From Candidatus Zhuqueibacterota bacterium (GTDB lineage Bacteria; Zhuqueibacterota; Zhuqueibacteria; Thermofontimicrobiales; Thiofontviventaceae): a stretch of DNA of 64,000 nucleotides. The position numbers and the translations under genes are program-made. Location of the stretch: contig JAFGOE010000013.1 in assembly GCA_016926625.1 (NCBI GenBank), positions 79,587-143,586 on the forward strand, read 5' to 3'. The notes below the pieces were generated by a model. The model ran no database searches. It saw nothing but the letters and a program-made list of their open reading frames with translations, and had not been told where the DNA came from. This document shows positions 9,365 through 19,689 of this stretch, piece by piece (positions within the stretch are counted from its first letter, which is position 1; each line of letters opens with the position of its first letter).

Positions 9365-10273
9365 TCAATTATACCCCAGTTGGCGGAGAGTATTTTCTTT
9401 GTTTCTCCAATTTTCCTTGATGCTGACATGCAGATCAAGATAGACTTCTCGTTGTAGGAAATCCTCGATGTCTTTGCGTGCATGTATGCCTAATTTCTTT
9501 AATGCGTCCCCATGTTTGCCGATGATGATCCCTTTCTGTGAGAGTCGTTCGACGTAGATAGTTGCATTAATATAATCTTTGCCATGTTGACGTTCTTTAA
9601 ATTCATTGATGATGACGGTAGTGGAGTAAGGGATTTCATCCCTGAACATTTCGAAAATATTTTCACGGATGATCTCAGAGACAAAAAAACGTTCCGGCTG
9701 CTCAGTGATCGCATCGGGTGGGTAAAGCGGCGGCGAATAGGGGATATATTTTTTTATCTCGGTCTTTAAGATATTCACCCCATCGCGGTTTAAGGCTGAA
9801 ATCGGAATGATTTCGCTCAACGTCAACCGATCCTTGTAGGCGCGTATAATCGGTAGTATTTTCTTTTTTTCCACCAGATCAATCTTGTTAATCACGAGCA
9901 GGACGGGGATTTTTACCTTTGTCAATAAATCAAAAAGGTGCTCGTTCTGTTTGAACGGCGCGGTCGCATCGATCATGACGACGGCGACATCCGCATCGAC
10001 CAGTGCTTTTTCAACGGTTTTTATCATGTATTCGTGCAGCTTATACTTCGGTGCGACCAAACCCGGGGTATCGAGAAAAATTATCTGACTATCTTCTGTG
10101 CTTAGTATTCCCAGAACTCGATGACGTGTCGTTTGCGGTTTTGATGTTACGATCGACAATTTCATATCGAGCATGTTATTTAAAAGTGTTGATTTACCCA
10201 CATTCGGGGATCCCATTATGACGGCGTAACCGCACCTGAACCTGGGTAGATCGTTTCCTGTACTATCGTCCAT
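9365..10273 (-). CDS. era: GTPase Era
   Basis: G1 GSPNVGKSTLLN, G3 DTPG, G4 NKID, and a C-terminal KH domain (…IIGKHGDALKKLG…). The ATG at 10273 has a GAGGAG Shine-Dalgarno. The tracked ORF starts at an upstream TTG. Confidence 0.95.
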   Translation of the reverse strand: MDDSTGNDLPRFRCGYAVIMGSPNVGKSTLLNNMLDMKLSIVTSKPQTTRHRVLGILSTEDSQIIFLDTPGLVAPKYKLHEYMIKTVEKALVDADVAVVMIDATAPFKQNEHLFDLLTKVKIPVLLVINKIDLVEKKKILPIIRAYKDRLTLSEIIPISALNRDGVNILKTEIKKYIPYSPPLYPPDAITEQPERFFVSEIIRENIFEMFRDEIPYSTTVIINEFKERQHGKDYINATIYVERLSQKGIIIGKHGDALKKLGIHARKDIEDFLQREVYLDLHVSIKENWRNKENTLRQLGYN

Positions 10274-10510
10274 AGTCTCCTCTGGCAATGTTCTGTTATC
10301 CGTAATAAAGACAATATAACCTAAAATACAAAATAATACAATTGATTTTTACAATCTCTTTAAATTTAATACGTTATATTGCAAATTTCATGAGGACACT
10401 CGAGTTAAAACACTGTTTCACATTCTCAACTATAGCGGTGAACCGGCATAAAAATATGGTTTATTGGTGTATTAAAATTCCGAATTCAGCCGTATTTTCG
10501 GATAAACGAT

Positions 10511-10888
10511 CTAATCGGTTGCGGAATCAGGGGATTCACTGGCCAGCGTGTGGTTGTGTAAATTATATCTGTCGTGGAGTTCATCGATAATCGTCCCTTT
10601 CCACAGCGGTACTTGTAGAAAATAGGCTGCTCTTCCAATCATGTGTGATGCGACGGGTGCCGTCAGGAATATGAAAATCAGGACGATCATCGCTTCCAGG
10701 ATGATAAAGAGCTCCTGAACGTGGAGAATGACCGATAATAACATCAGACCTGCGCCGAAAGAAGACGCTTTCGTTGTCGCATGCATGCGACTGAACAGAT
10801 CAGGGAAGCGAAGAACTCCGACAGCGGCTAATAACATGAAGATCGCTCCGGAGACCAGCAGTATAGCAACGAACCATTCTATCATCAC
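10511..10888 (-). CDS. mrpG: Na+/H+ (cation/proton) antiporter subunit G
   Basis: Small 3-TM protein with GVLRFPDLFSRMHATTKASSFG (MnhG/PhaG signature). Last gene of a 7-gene overlapping operon. Confidence 0.9.
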   Translation of the reverse strand: MMIEWFVAILLVSGAIFMLLAAVGVLRFPDLFSRMHATTKASSFGAGLMLLSVILHVQELFIILEAMIVLIFIFLTAPVASHMIGRAAYFLQVPLWKGTIIDELHDRYNLHNHTLASESPDSATD

Positions 10889-11151
10889 AATACCCTCTTT
10901 TCCAAATAGCGTGCGTAGGCTACAGTCCCTAAAAATGTGATCAAAGCCAGAATGATGGTCGTGTTCAAATACACAAACTGCCCGGTCAACATACAGTAAG
11001 CTAATATCATACCCAGTGTGAGCATGGTGATTAAATCAAGTGCAACGATACGATCGGGAGTGCTGGGACCCTTTACCAGTCTCAGGAAGGCGATGAAGAG
11101 CGAAATGGTCATAATGACCATAGATATATAAGCTGCTCTTTCGATAATCAT
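10885..11151 (-). CDS. mrpF: Cation/proton antiporter subunit F
   Basis: 88-aa 3-TM protein with an ...KGPSTPDRIVALDL... MnhF motif. Has 4-nt overlaps with both neighbours. Confidence 0.9.
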   Translation of the reverse strand: MIIERAAYISMVIMTISLFIAFLRLVKGPSTPDRIVALDLITMLTLGMILAYCMLTGQFVYLNTTIILALITFLGTVAYARYLEKRVL

Positions 11152-11495
11152 CTGGACACCTCCATGAGTTTCGTCTCGAGTCCTTGTTTGATCGATGAAC
11201 GAATCGACTCAATATCATTGCTGAACATAACGTGGACGTAGATGACCTTTCTGTCGGTGGATACATCGAGACTTATCGAGCCGGGAGTCATGGTAATTAA
11301 ATTGTTCAACGATAAGATCTCAAGATCAGATGTGACGTCGAGCGGGACAGCGATAACGCCTGTCTTCATGTTTAATTTGGGGCTCAAGATATAGTAAGCG
11401 ACACGAATATTTGCAATCACGATCTCCATGATGTAAAAAAGTATGAATTTGATAATATGTATTATTTTCAGAAACATTTTTTTTAACCTGATCAT
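11148..11495 (-). CDS. mrpE: Cation/proton antiporter subunit E (short form)
   Basis: Sits between mrpD and mrpF with start/stop overlaps. MnhE-like core ...VAYYILSPKLNMKTGVIAVPLD...LITMTPGSISLDVS.... At 115 aa it is shorter than typical MrpE (about 160 aa). Confidence 0.75.
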   Translation of the reverse strand: MIRLKKMFLKIIHIIKFILFYIMEIVIANIRVAYYILSPKLNMKTGVIAVPLDVTSDLEILSLNNLITMTPGSISLDVSTDRKVIYVHVMFSNDIESIRSSIKQGLETKLMEVSR

Positions 11496-12997
11496 TTAGG
11501 GTAACCTCCTAAGATGGACTGGATGTACAGTTCCGGATTGAGTAATTGAGATGCCGCTTTCATGCAGATATTCATGAGCGGTTCGAAGCCGATCCCGATG
11601 GCGACAGCAAGAAGTGCGAGCATTCCGATGGGAATAATCATAACGATATAATCTCTGGCGCTAAGTTTTGATTTAAAGTCATTTTTCTGTGATGGTTGTT
11701 TTTTCCAGAAAGCCTCAGCCCAAATTTTGACCATCGAAAATAGCGTAAGCATACTGACGAATAACGCGATAAAAACGATCGGATAATCTTGAGATTGCAA
11801 GCCTGCTTTAATCAGAGCAAATTTCGCCCAAAATCCGGACAGCGGCGGCAGGCCGGCTAAAGAGAAAGCAGAAATCACCAAAAAAATGGATAGCCAGGGA
11901 TGCGAAGCGTACAATCCACCTAATTTTTTCAGTTCGTAGCTACCTTTCAGCCGATATACGACACCGCTGATGAAAAACAGGTTCGTTTTGGTTATCATAT
12001 TATGTATCAAAAAGAAAATGGAGCCAGCGATAGCTAAAGGCGTGAAGATACCAAGTCCCATAATCATATAACCTATCTGGCTGATGATATGAAACGACAG
12101 CACTCGTCTGAATTCAAATTGTGATGCAGCGCCTAAAACACCGGTCAGCATGGTGAACCCGGCAATGATGATCATGAACTCATGAAAGAATGTCGCATCC
12201 TGAACAAAGAACAGGGTAAAACTTCGGATCAGGGAATATACGCCGACTTTAGTGAGTAAGCCGGCGAAGAGGGCGCTTACGGAAGCAGGCGGAGTATGAT
12301 ATGAAGCGGGAAGCCAGAAAAACAGAGGAAAAATGGCTGCCTTTATGCCGAATGCGATGAAGAAAAGCATCGCCGTACTCCCGGTCACGGTAGCGTCTGC
12401 AGTCGCCCTCAATGTATAGGCTATATCTGCCATATTCAGAGTACCTATCTCGCCATAGAGTATACCGAGGCCGGCCAGGAACAGTGCGGATGAGATCAGA
12501 TTGAGTGTTACATATTTAACGGCTCCTTCCATCTGTTTTCTTTCGCCTCCGAGGACCATGAGGACAAAGGATGACATGAGCATGACTTCAAACCACACAT
12601 AGAGGTTAAAAATATCGCCAGTCAGAAACGCGCCGTTCACCCCCATCAGCAGGATATTGATGAGAGGAAAGTATCCGTACTGAATTCGCTTAGTATCGAT
12701 ATCAATCATCGAGTAGATATTGACGGTCAGACTCATCAGGGCTGTCATGACGACCATGATGGCACTGAACAGATCAGAGACGATGGTTATACCATACGGA
12801 GCCGGCCAATTTCCTATCTGAACCGATAATATCCCGGAATCGATCGTATGAACGAGCAGGGAGATGGAGATACCAAGGCTGACCAGTGATCCGATAAGAC
12901 TGATGTAACGTTGAACTGATTTCAGTTTAAAAAGCAATAATAAAATTATTGCTGTGGTAAAAGGAATAATAACGGGTGAGATGATCAATACGTTCAT
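11492..12997 (-). CDS. mrpD: Cation/proton antiporter subunit D (NuoM/N-like)
   Basis: 501-aa polytopic protein with NuoL/M/N-family motifs (…[25 protein letters not shown]…). Confidence 0.9.
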   Translation of the reverse strand: MNVLIISPVIIPFTTAIILLLLFKLKSVQRYISLIGSLVSLGISISLLVHTIDSGILSVQIGNWPAPYGITIVSDLFSAIMVVMTALMSLTVNIYSMIDIDTKRIQYGYFPLINILLMGVNGAFLTGDIFNLYVWFEVMLMSSFVLMVLGGERKQMEGAVKYVTLNLISSALFLAGLGILYGEIGTLNMADIAYTLRATADATVTGSTAMLFFIAFGIKAAIFPLFFWLPASYHTPPASVSALFAGLLTKVGVYSLIRSFTLFFVQDATFFHEFMIIIAGFTMLTGVLGAASQFEFRRVLSFHIISQIGYMIMGLGIFTPLAIAGSIFFLIHNMITKTNLFFISGVVYRLKGSYELKKLGGLYASHPWLSIFLVISAFSLAGLPPLSGFWAKFALIKAGLQSQDYPIVFIALFVSMLTLFSMVKIWAEAFWKKQPSQKNDFKSKLSARDYIVMIIPIGMLALLAVAIGIGFEPLMNICMKAASQLLNPELYIQSILGGYPK

Positions 12998-13341
12998 GAG
13001 TCAGTGCCTTTTAATTTATCCAAATCATCCGTACCCACTGTTTGGTAAGCTCGGTGAACGAGCACCAGCATGAATGCTAAAACGCCGAAGCTGATGACAA
13101 TGGCAGTTAAAATAAGCGCTTCCGGTAGCGGGTCTGCATGAATAGCCGGTGGTATTGTCTGCCCCGGTTCGACTAACGGTGCCTGTGCCCTTGTCAATCC
13201 TCCGGCTGTAAAAATCAATAAATTAGTAGCCTGACCCATTAACATGAGGCCGATGACTAATTTAATGATACTACGGCGAAGCATCGCATATACACCGGCC
13301 GCATACAGAAATCCGATTAGAAATGCCAGAACTGTTTCCAT
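12994..13341 (-). CDS. mrpC: Cation/proton antiporter subunit C (NuoK-like)
   Basis: 115-aa 3-TM protein with NuoK-like [14 protein letters not shown]. Placed in operon context. Confidence 0.9.
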   Translation of the reverse strand: METVLAFLIGFLYAAGVYAMLRRSIIKLVIGLMLMGQATNLLIFTAGGLTRAQAPLVEPGQTIPPAIHADPLPEALILTAIVISFGVLAFMLVLVHRAYQTVGTDDLDKLKGTDS

Positions 13342-13342
13342 A

Positions 13343-13756
13343 TTACTCCTCCGCCAGCGAAAAGACGATAGTTAACAAGACACCGATGACCGTAAGGTAG
13401 ACGCCTAAGTCGAATACCAATGGGGAAGTTACTGCAAACTTCCCATAGAAGGGAATGGTGAAGGTAATCCATTCCTGTGCCGTGAACGGGGAATCGATAA
13501 GGAACGAAGGGATTCCGCTGCCTAACGCACAGGCAAGACCAAGTCCGATCAAATAGAGCGGATCCATTCTAAGTACGCGTCGGGCGTCGACAACCCCGTA
13601 GGCGATATCGTAGAGGATATAGGCGGATGCAGCAATTAATCCTCCGATAAATCCGCCACCCGGAGCGTTGTGCCCACGTAACATGATGATAATCGATATG
13701 ATAATAAAGATCGGCAGTAATTGTCTTGCCGCTGTTCTCAGTATTAATGAGCGCAT
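13343..13756 (-). CDS. mrpB: Cation/proton antiporter subunit B
   Basis: 137 aa with the MnhB signature [14 protein letters not shown]. Confidence 0.9.
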   Translation of the reverse strand: MRSLILRTAARQLLPIFIIISIIIMLRGHNAPGGGFIGGLIAASAYILYDIAYGVVDARRVLRMDPLYLIGLGLACALGSGIPSFLIDSPFTAQEWITFTIPFYGKFAVTSPLVFDLGVYLTVIGVLLTIVFSLAEE

Positions 13757-16066
13757 CTAGTGGTCCTTTGATTTTAATTTCAGCAATGCAAATACACCTA
13801 TAGCAGCGACAGCCAGCACCGTTATCTCACCCATGGTGTCAAGCCCTCTGAAATCGACCAGGATGACATTGACAATATTCCTGCCATGGGCCAGAATGAC
13901 GCTGTTCTCATCGTAATAGGCGGAGATTGTCGGCGCGAGCTGGAGGTTGATGGACAGTAAGACAAAAAATGTCATCATTATTCCTGCAAGGACGGAAATA
14001 ATTGCATCGCGAATTCTGACCCCTCGATGTGAAAAATTCTTGAACGAAGGAAGGTGATAGATAACGAGTACAAAGATGATGACCGTAAGAGTCTCGATAA
14101 GAATTTGTGTCATTGCCAGATCAGGTGCACCGAACAGTACAAAGATCAATGCCACGCCATAGCCGAGTACCCCTAGTGAAACAACGGCGGCAATTCGTTT
14201 TTTCGATAGTATCGCAGCCAGAGCAGCCAATGCCATGAGTAGCACCAGGCCAATTTCAAATGATTTTACCCCGGCGAACGAGATGCTGTCCGGCAATCCT
14301 CCCAGTCGAACCAACTGAATTCCACCCATTAAAACAATGAAGCAAACGATTGTAATCAGGTAGAAACGCTGATAGCCGTTTTGTAAGACCTTTGTCTGCC
14401 ATTTGGCCAGGCTTAACAATCCGTGCAGACCTTTTTCATAAATTTGAGAGGGGTATAACGGTTTTAAAAACATCAAGTACGTCGAAATCTTGCGCCATCG
14501 ATTACGACTGAAGAAGAACATGAGTCCTAAAATAAACGTAATGATACTGAAAAGAAAGACGAGGTTGATACCATGCCAGGTTTGCAGGTTGAAGACGACC
14601 TGACTGCCCGTGATGGAGCTTACAGCGGGTGAAATGAGCGGCATGGAGATGAGATTCGGAATTAGTCCGAAGATTAGACCCAGCAGGGCCATGAGCATGG
14701 GGCCAAGCCAGAGCGCTGTATGGACCTTATGGATGTGTTTACACTTTGCATGATGAGTTTTCCCCCAAAAAGGTCTGATACCTGTCATCATCGCAGCCGC
14801 GACGTTTACGGCGTTGGCGATGATGCCACTGATGAGCAGGATCACCGACGCATTGGGTGCCTGCAGTTTTGCGGAATAGATAAGTTCTTTTCCGACAAAT
14901 CCGAGCAGAGGTGGGAAACCGGACATGGAGAAGGCTGCAAGAGCAGCGGCAATCGTAACTAACGGCATCATTCGCCATAGTCCCGAAAGTCTGGTGATGT
15001 CTCTTGTTCCTGCGCTATGATCGATGGCGCCTGCCACCATAAATAGACCTCCTTTATACAGGGAGTGAACAAGAAGAAATACCATTGCTGCCTTGATAGC
15101 GAGAACCGTTCCGACGCCTACGAGCAGCATCAACATTCCCAGGGCACTTATCGTCGTATAGGCTAAAATCTTTTTTAAATCGGTCTGGGATACTGCAATT
15201 AACGCTCCTACCAGCATCGTCAATGTGCCTGCGATGGTGATGATGTCATGCCATGCCTGGGTATCCCCCAGCATCGGATTCAGGCGAGCCAATAGATAGA
15301 CTCCGGCTTTTACCATGGTGGCTGAATGCAAATAGGTGCTTACCGGTGTCGGGGCTTCCATGGCAGAAGGTAACCAAAAATGGAAAGGGACCTGGGCAGA
15401 TTTTGTAAACGCACCGATGAGGATTAATATGAGAGCAGGTAAATAGAATGAATGCGCACGTATCAGGTGACCACGCGTCAATAGTTCTGTGATCTCATAA
15501 CTTCCGCCCATCTGTCCCAGCAGAATGAAGCCAGCCAGCAGGGCGAGTCCGCCGATTCCGGTAATTAATAATGCCTGCAAGGCTGCATAACGTGATTCGG
15601 CTCTCTCATTGTTAAATCCGATGAGCAGATAGGATGAGAAGCTTGTTAATTCCCAGAAAATAAAAATCGTGATCAGGTTTGATGATAATACGACGCCGAT
15701 CATGGAGCCCATGAATAAGAAAATATACATGAAGAAGCGATTGATATGTTGATGATTACGCAAGTATTCGCCGCCGTATAAAACCACGAACGCACCGATT
15801 AGGGTAATGATGAGTGAGAAAATCAATGCGATCCCATCGAGATAAAACGACAGATCGATCCCGAACGATGGCACCCAATGATAGACAAACGCAAATGTAC
15901 GGCATTCTTCGGCGCAAATTTGTGGTAAATAAGTGGCGAAATAGATAAAAAGGGCGAGCGGAACTAATGAAAGCACCCAGCCTGTAAGGTGTTTGAAAAT
16001 GCGATAGATTAATGGAGATATGAAAGCGATAACGAAGCTGGATAAAATAACTATTATTATTTCCAT
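13757..16066 (-). CDS. mrpA: Cation/proton antiporter subunit A (NuoL-like, with C-terminal MrpB-like extension)
   Basis: 769 aa with NuoL-like motifs (…FHFWLPSAMEAPTPVSTYLHSATMVKAGVYL…). First gene of the operon. Confidence 0.9.
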   Translation of the reverse strand: MEIIIVILSSFVIAFISPLIYRIFKHLTGWVLSLVPLALFIYFATYLPQICAEECRTFAFVYHWVPSFGIDLSFYLDGIALIFSLIITLIGAFVVLYGGEYLRNHQHINRFFMYIFLFMGSMIGVVLSSNLITIFIFWELTSFSSYLLIGFNNERAESRYAALQALLITGIGGLALLAGFILLGQMGGSYEITELLTRGHLIRAHSFYLPALILILIGAFTKSAQVPFHFWLPSAMEAPTPVSTYLHSATMVKAGVYLLARLNPMLGDTQAWHDIITIAGTLTMLVGALIAVSQTDLKKILAYTTISALGMLMLLVGVGTVLAIKAAMVFLLVHSLYKGGLFMVAGAIDHSAGTRDITRLSGLWRMMPLVTIAAALAAFSMSGFPPLLGFVGKELIYSAKLQAPNASVILLISGIIANAVNVAAAMMTGIRPFWGKTHHAKCKHIHKVHTALWLGPMLMALLGLIFGLIPNLISMPLISPAVSSITGSQVVFNLQTWHGINLVFLFSIITFILGLMFFFSRNRWRKISTYLMFLKPLYPSQIYEKGLHGLLSLAKWQTKVLQNGYQRFYLITIVCFIVLMGGIQLVRLGGLPDSISFAGVKSFEIGLVLLMALAALAAILSKKRIAAVVSLGVLGYGVALIFVLFGAPDLAMTQILIETLTVIIFVLVIYHLPSFKNFSHRGVRIRDAIISVLAGIMMTFFVLLSINLQLAPTISAYYDENSVILAHGRNIVNVILVDFRGLDTMGEITVLAVAAIGVFALLKLKSKDH

Positions 16067-16328
16067 TCGATTATCCGAAACTTAATCCGATGATGTATCT
16101 GTTTATACCATAAGAGGTTGAAATCGATTTGTTCAAGTTAGATTTTCAGTCGCATGCTTTGTGAAACTAATTTAGGTAAAAAATCAGCTAAAATCAAGTA
16201 AAAAAGAAAATTAGTGTTGATTTGCACGATGACGAGGCAGTGATGTTAAAAAAAAGGAAAACGTCATTGTTTTCATCTCACGGTTTATATGTTTTGAAAC
16301 TAGTACAGGAGGAGGCATGAAATTAGTC

Positions 16329-16357
16329 TTGACTATTATTCCTTTTTTTTGTATTTA
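16329..16357 (+). promoter_or_regulatory. Putative sigma70-type promoter for xth (TTGACT-17-TATTTA)
   Basis: TTGACT at 16329-16334, a 17-nt spacer, and TATTTA at 16352-16357, about 70 nt upstream of the xth start. Confidence 0.35.
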
Positions 16358-16425
16358 TAGGGGTAGAAATCTAATGAAGCTCATTTTACGTTACGATTGA
16401 TACAATTAATATGATAAGGATAGCT

Positions 16426-17199
16426 ATGGACGAATTAAAACTGTTTTCCTGGAATGTCAATGGTCTGCGTGCAGTGTATAAAAAAAACTTTCTCGACTGG
16501 TTTAGAGAGATCAATCCGGATATTTTATGTCTTCAGGAGACGAAAGCCCACGAAGACCAACTACCCGAAGATCTTAGATTTATCAAGGGATATGACTCCT
16601 TCTTTTCGTCTGCGGAGAAAAAAGGGTATAGCGGTGTTGCCACATATTCCAAAATCAAGCCTCAGGTCGTGATGCATGGGATCGATCAGCCTGAATACGA
16701 CAGTGAGGGACGTATTTTAATCACCGATTATGGAGATATTCTTCTCTATAATATTTATTTCCCTAACGGTAAAGCATCGAAAGAACGTTTAAACTATAAG
16801 TTGGAATTTTACGATGCGTTTTTCGACCACATTCTCATCCAAAAAAAAGCCGGAAGAAACATCGTCATTTGCGGCGATGTGAATACGGCACATCGAGAGG
16901 TCGACCTGGCGAGACCTAAAGACAACGAGAAAACATCCGGGTTCTTACCCATCGAACGCGCCTGGATCGATAAATTCCTTGCCCATGGATTCGTCGATAC
17001 ATTTCGAATGTTTCACGAAGAGGGCGGTCATTATTCATGGTGGGATTTGCGGACCAGGGCGAGAGAGAGAAATATCGGCTGGCGTATTGACTATTTCTAT
17101 GTGAATGAAGAATTTGCCCCGCGCGTGAGGGCTGCATATATTTTACCGGACATAATGGGCTCCGATCATTGTCCGATCGGTCTGGAGTTAACTCTATAG
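16426..17199 (+). CDS. xth: Exodeoxyribonuclease III (AP endonuclease)
   Basis: [18 protein letters not shown], ...[10 protein letters not shown]..., and [10 protein letters not shown] at the C-terminus. The start may be 5 codons upstream (16411). Confidence 0.95.
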   Translation: MDELKLFSWNVNGLRAVYKKNFLDWFREINPDILCLQETKAHEDQLPEDLRFIKGYDSFFSSAEKKGYSGVATYSKIKPQVVMHGIDQPEYDSEGRILITDYGDILLYNIYFPNGKASKERLNYKLEFYDAFFDHILIQKKAGRNIVICGDVNTAHREVDLARPKDNEKTSGFLPIERAWIDKFLAHGFVDTFRMFHEEGGHYSWWDLRTRARERNIGWRIDYFYVNEEFAPRVRAAYILPDIMGSDHCPIGLELTL

Positions 17200-17233
17200 A
17201 GCATGATGCAAAGTGATTGTGTGCTAAATTTAA

Positions 17234-18595
17234 ATGGAGTTAGTCATGGATGCACTCATTTTATCCAGAATTCAGTTTGGATTGACGATTGCGTTTCATT
17301 ATATCTTTCCGCCCATGAGCATCGGTTTGAGCGTGCTACTGGTTATCATGGAAGGAATGTATTTAAAAACGAAAAATGAGATTTATCAGCAGATGACCCA
17401 TTTTTGGGTGAAGATATTCGGTTTGATATTCGCCCTGGGCGTGGCCACGGGAATCGTGATGGAGTTTGAGTTTGGGACTAACTGGGCAACGTATTCACGA
17501 TATGTGGGGGATGTATTTGGCAGCGCTCTTGCAGCCGAAGGCATCTTTGCCTTTTTTATGGAGTCAGGATTTTTAGCCATATTATTATTCGGATGGAATC
17601 GTGTTAAACCAGGCGTCCATTTTTTATCCACCATCTTCGTGTCGTTCGGAGCGCATTTTAGTGCGGTCTGGATCGTGGTGGCGAATTCATGGCAGCAAAC
17701 TCCGGCAGGACATCACGTCGTCGGAACAGGCGTATACGAGCGAGCCGAAATCGTAGATTTTTGGCGCATGGTATTCAATCCTTCGAGCATCGACAGACTC
17801 AGCCATACGCTTTGCGGTGCATGGCAGGCGGGAGCCTTTCTTGTTCTCAGCGTGAGTGCATATTATCTGCTGCGCAAACGTCATCTCGACTTTGCGCGTC
17901 GTTCGTTCAAGATCGCGCTGATCATTGCTGCAGTCTCCTCTATACTGCAACTCGCTACCGGGCATTACAGCGCCATCGTCGTAGAGAAACATCAACCCGT
18001 GAAACTGGCAGCCTTTGAAGCGCACTATCCGGCAAGTGAATCGGCACCCTACCATCTGTTTGGAATCGTCAATGAAAAGGAAGAACGGGTCGATTACGGT
18101 ATAGCCATACCCGGATTGTTAAGTTTCCTGTTACATTTCGATGCAGACGCACCGGTCACTGGATTGAAGGCCTTCCCCCCTGATAAACGTCCTCCGGTCG
18201 CTGTCGTTTTTCAGACATACCATTTCATGGTCATCATCGGGACTGGATTGATCGCCTTGTCATGGCTGGGTCTCTTTTTATGGTGGCGAAAGAAATTATT
18301 AAACTATCGATGGCTGTTGTTTGTTTTTGTGCTCTCTGTACTGGGCCCGCAGCTCGCGAACCAGCTGGGTTGGTTCTCTGCCGAAATCGGAAGACAGCCG
18401 TTTATCGTTTATAACCTGTTACGAACATCCGAAGGAATCTCTAAAGCAGTCAATGCCAATCAGGTGGTAACGTCTCTGATCCTGTTTGGGATTATCTATC
18501 TTTTACTGTTGGCGCTCTTCATCTATTTGATGAACGAGAAAATTCAACATGGCCCGGTCGATTCAGATTTTGTAAAGGAGGTACAGCGAGCATGA
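17234..18595 (+). CDS. cydA: Cytochrome bd-type quinol oxidase subunit I (short Q-loop type)
   Basis: N-terminus [22 protein letters not shown], ...[15 protein letters not shown]..., 453 aa. Confidence 0.95.
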   Translation: MELVMDALILSRIQFGLTIAFHYIFPPMSIGLSVLLVIMEGMYLKTKNEIYQQMTHFWVKIFGLIFALGVATGIVMEFEFGTNWATYSRYVGDVFGSALAAEGIFAFFMESGFLAILLFGWNRVKPGVHFLSTIFVSFGAHFSAVWIVVANSWQQTPAGHHVVGTGVYERAEIVDFWRMVFNPSSIDRLSHTLCGAWQAGAFLVLSVSAYYLLRKRHLDFARRSFKIALIIAAVSSILQLATGHYSAIVVEKHQPVKLAAFEAHYPASESAPYHLFGIVNEKEERVDYGIAIPGLLSFLLHFDADAPVTGLKAFPPDKRPPVAVVFQTYHFMVIIGTGLIALSWLGLFLWWRKKLLNYRWLLFVFVLSVLGPQLANQLGWFSAEIGRQPFIVYNLLRTSEGISKAVNANQVVTSLILFGIIYLLLLALFIYLMNEKIQHGPVDSDFVKEVQRA

Positions 18596-19620
18596 ATATC
18601 GTGTTTGATCTCAATACGGTCAGCTTCGTTCTCGTCGGTCTACTGTTTACCGGATACGCGGTACTCGACGGCTTTGATCTGGGGGTGGGTGCTCTACACC
18701 TGTTTACGAAGACGGACGAGCAACGACGGTTGATGTTAAATGCCATCGGACCTGTCTGGGATGGTAATGAGGTGTGGTTGGTTACAGGCGGCGGTGCCTT
18801 ATTCGCTGCGTTTCCTCGGGTTTACGCCACGGTATTTTCCGGTTTTTATATGGCATTCATGATATTTCTGTTTGGTCTTATCTTCCGGGCGGTTGCTATT
18901 GAATTCAGGAGCAAGGAGCCGATGAAATGGTGGCGTAATCTGTGGGATATCAGTTTCAGCGTCAGCAGTATCGTTTCCAGTTTTGTGCTGGGTGTCGCCC
19001 TCGGAAATATCATCCGCGGAATTCCGCTCGATGCAGACGGAGAATATATAGGTACGTTTTGGACGCTCATCAATCCTTACGCCATTTTGGTGGGGATTAC
19101 GACCGTCGCGCTATTCTCCATGCATGGTGCAATCTATGTGGTGATGAAGACAGAAGGTCCCTTACACGAGAAGATCCGCGGCTGGGTAAATAAGACGATC
19201 ATTTTCTTCATCGTGTGTTATATTAGCACGACGATGATCACGCTTATCTACATTCCACACATGATTATATATTTTAGAGAATATCCCATTTTATTCGGAA
19301 TACCATTCATAAACATGGTTGCCATTGCGAATATACCGCGGGAAATTATTCATCGGAATAATTTCCGTGCATTTTTGTCATCCTGTGCAGCGATGATGGC
19401 TCTCATGACTATTTTCGGGATCGGTATCTTCCCAAATCTCGTTCACTCTTTACCCCTGGCAGAAAACAGTCTGACGATATATAATGCTGCATCGTCACCA
19501 AAGACTCTCAGCATCATTCTGACGATCGCTGTAATCGGGGTACCGGTTGTTTTAGCCTATACGGTGAGCGTTTACTGGATATTCAGAGGTAAAGTTAAAC
19601 TGGATGCATCGAGTTACTGA
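18592..19620 (+). CDS. cydB: Cytochrome bd-type quinol oxidase subunit II
   Basis: Overlaps the cydA stop by 4 nt. Motifs ...LDGFDLGVG..., ...GPVWDGNEVWL. Confidence 0.95.
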   Translation: MNIVFDLNTVSFVLVGLLFTGYAVLDGFDLGVGALHLFTKTDEQRRLMLNAIGPVWDGNEVWLVTGGGALFAAFPRVYATVFSGFYMAFMIFLFGLIFRAVAIEFRSKEPMKWWRNLWDISFSVSSIVSSFVLGVALGNIIRGIPLDADGEYIGTFWTLINPYAILVGITTVALFSMHGAIYVVMKTEGPLHEKIRGWVNKTIIFFIVCYISTTMITLIYIPHMIIYFREYPILFGIPFINMVAIANIPREIIHRNNFRAFLSSCAAMMALMTIFGIGIFPNLVHSLPLAENSLTIYNAASSPKTLSIILTIAVIGVPVVLAYTVSVYWIFRGKVKLDASSY

Positions 19621-19689
19621 TCAGAGTCACCCAATATAGAATGCGTGACGTGCTGATCTCGACTACCATCGAAATCAGCATCAGGAGTG

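Noticed and set aside
10342-10590. 82-aa ORF in and across the era-mrpG intergenic region.
   Set aside because: It has no Shine-Dalgarno and a Cys/Arg/Asn-rich non-protein-like sequence, and it overlaps the mrpG 3' end on the opposite strand. The region more likely holds the era promoter and the mrp terminator.
16317-16400. 27-codon small ORF ([27 protein letters not shown]) preceded by AGGAGGAGG, upstream of xth.
   Set aside because: It is attractive because of the strong Shine-Dalgarno-like purine tract. However, it is very short, it overlaps the best promoter candidate for xth (16329-16357), and I cannot assess conservation. It should be treated as unproven and would need ribosome profiling.
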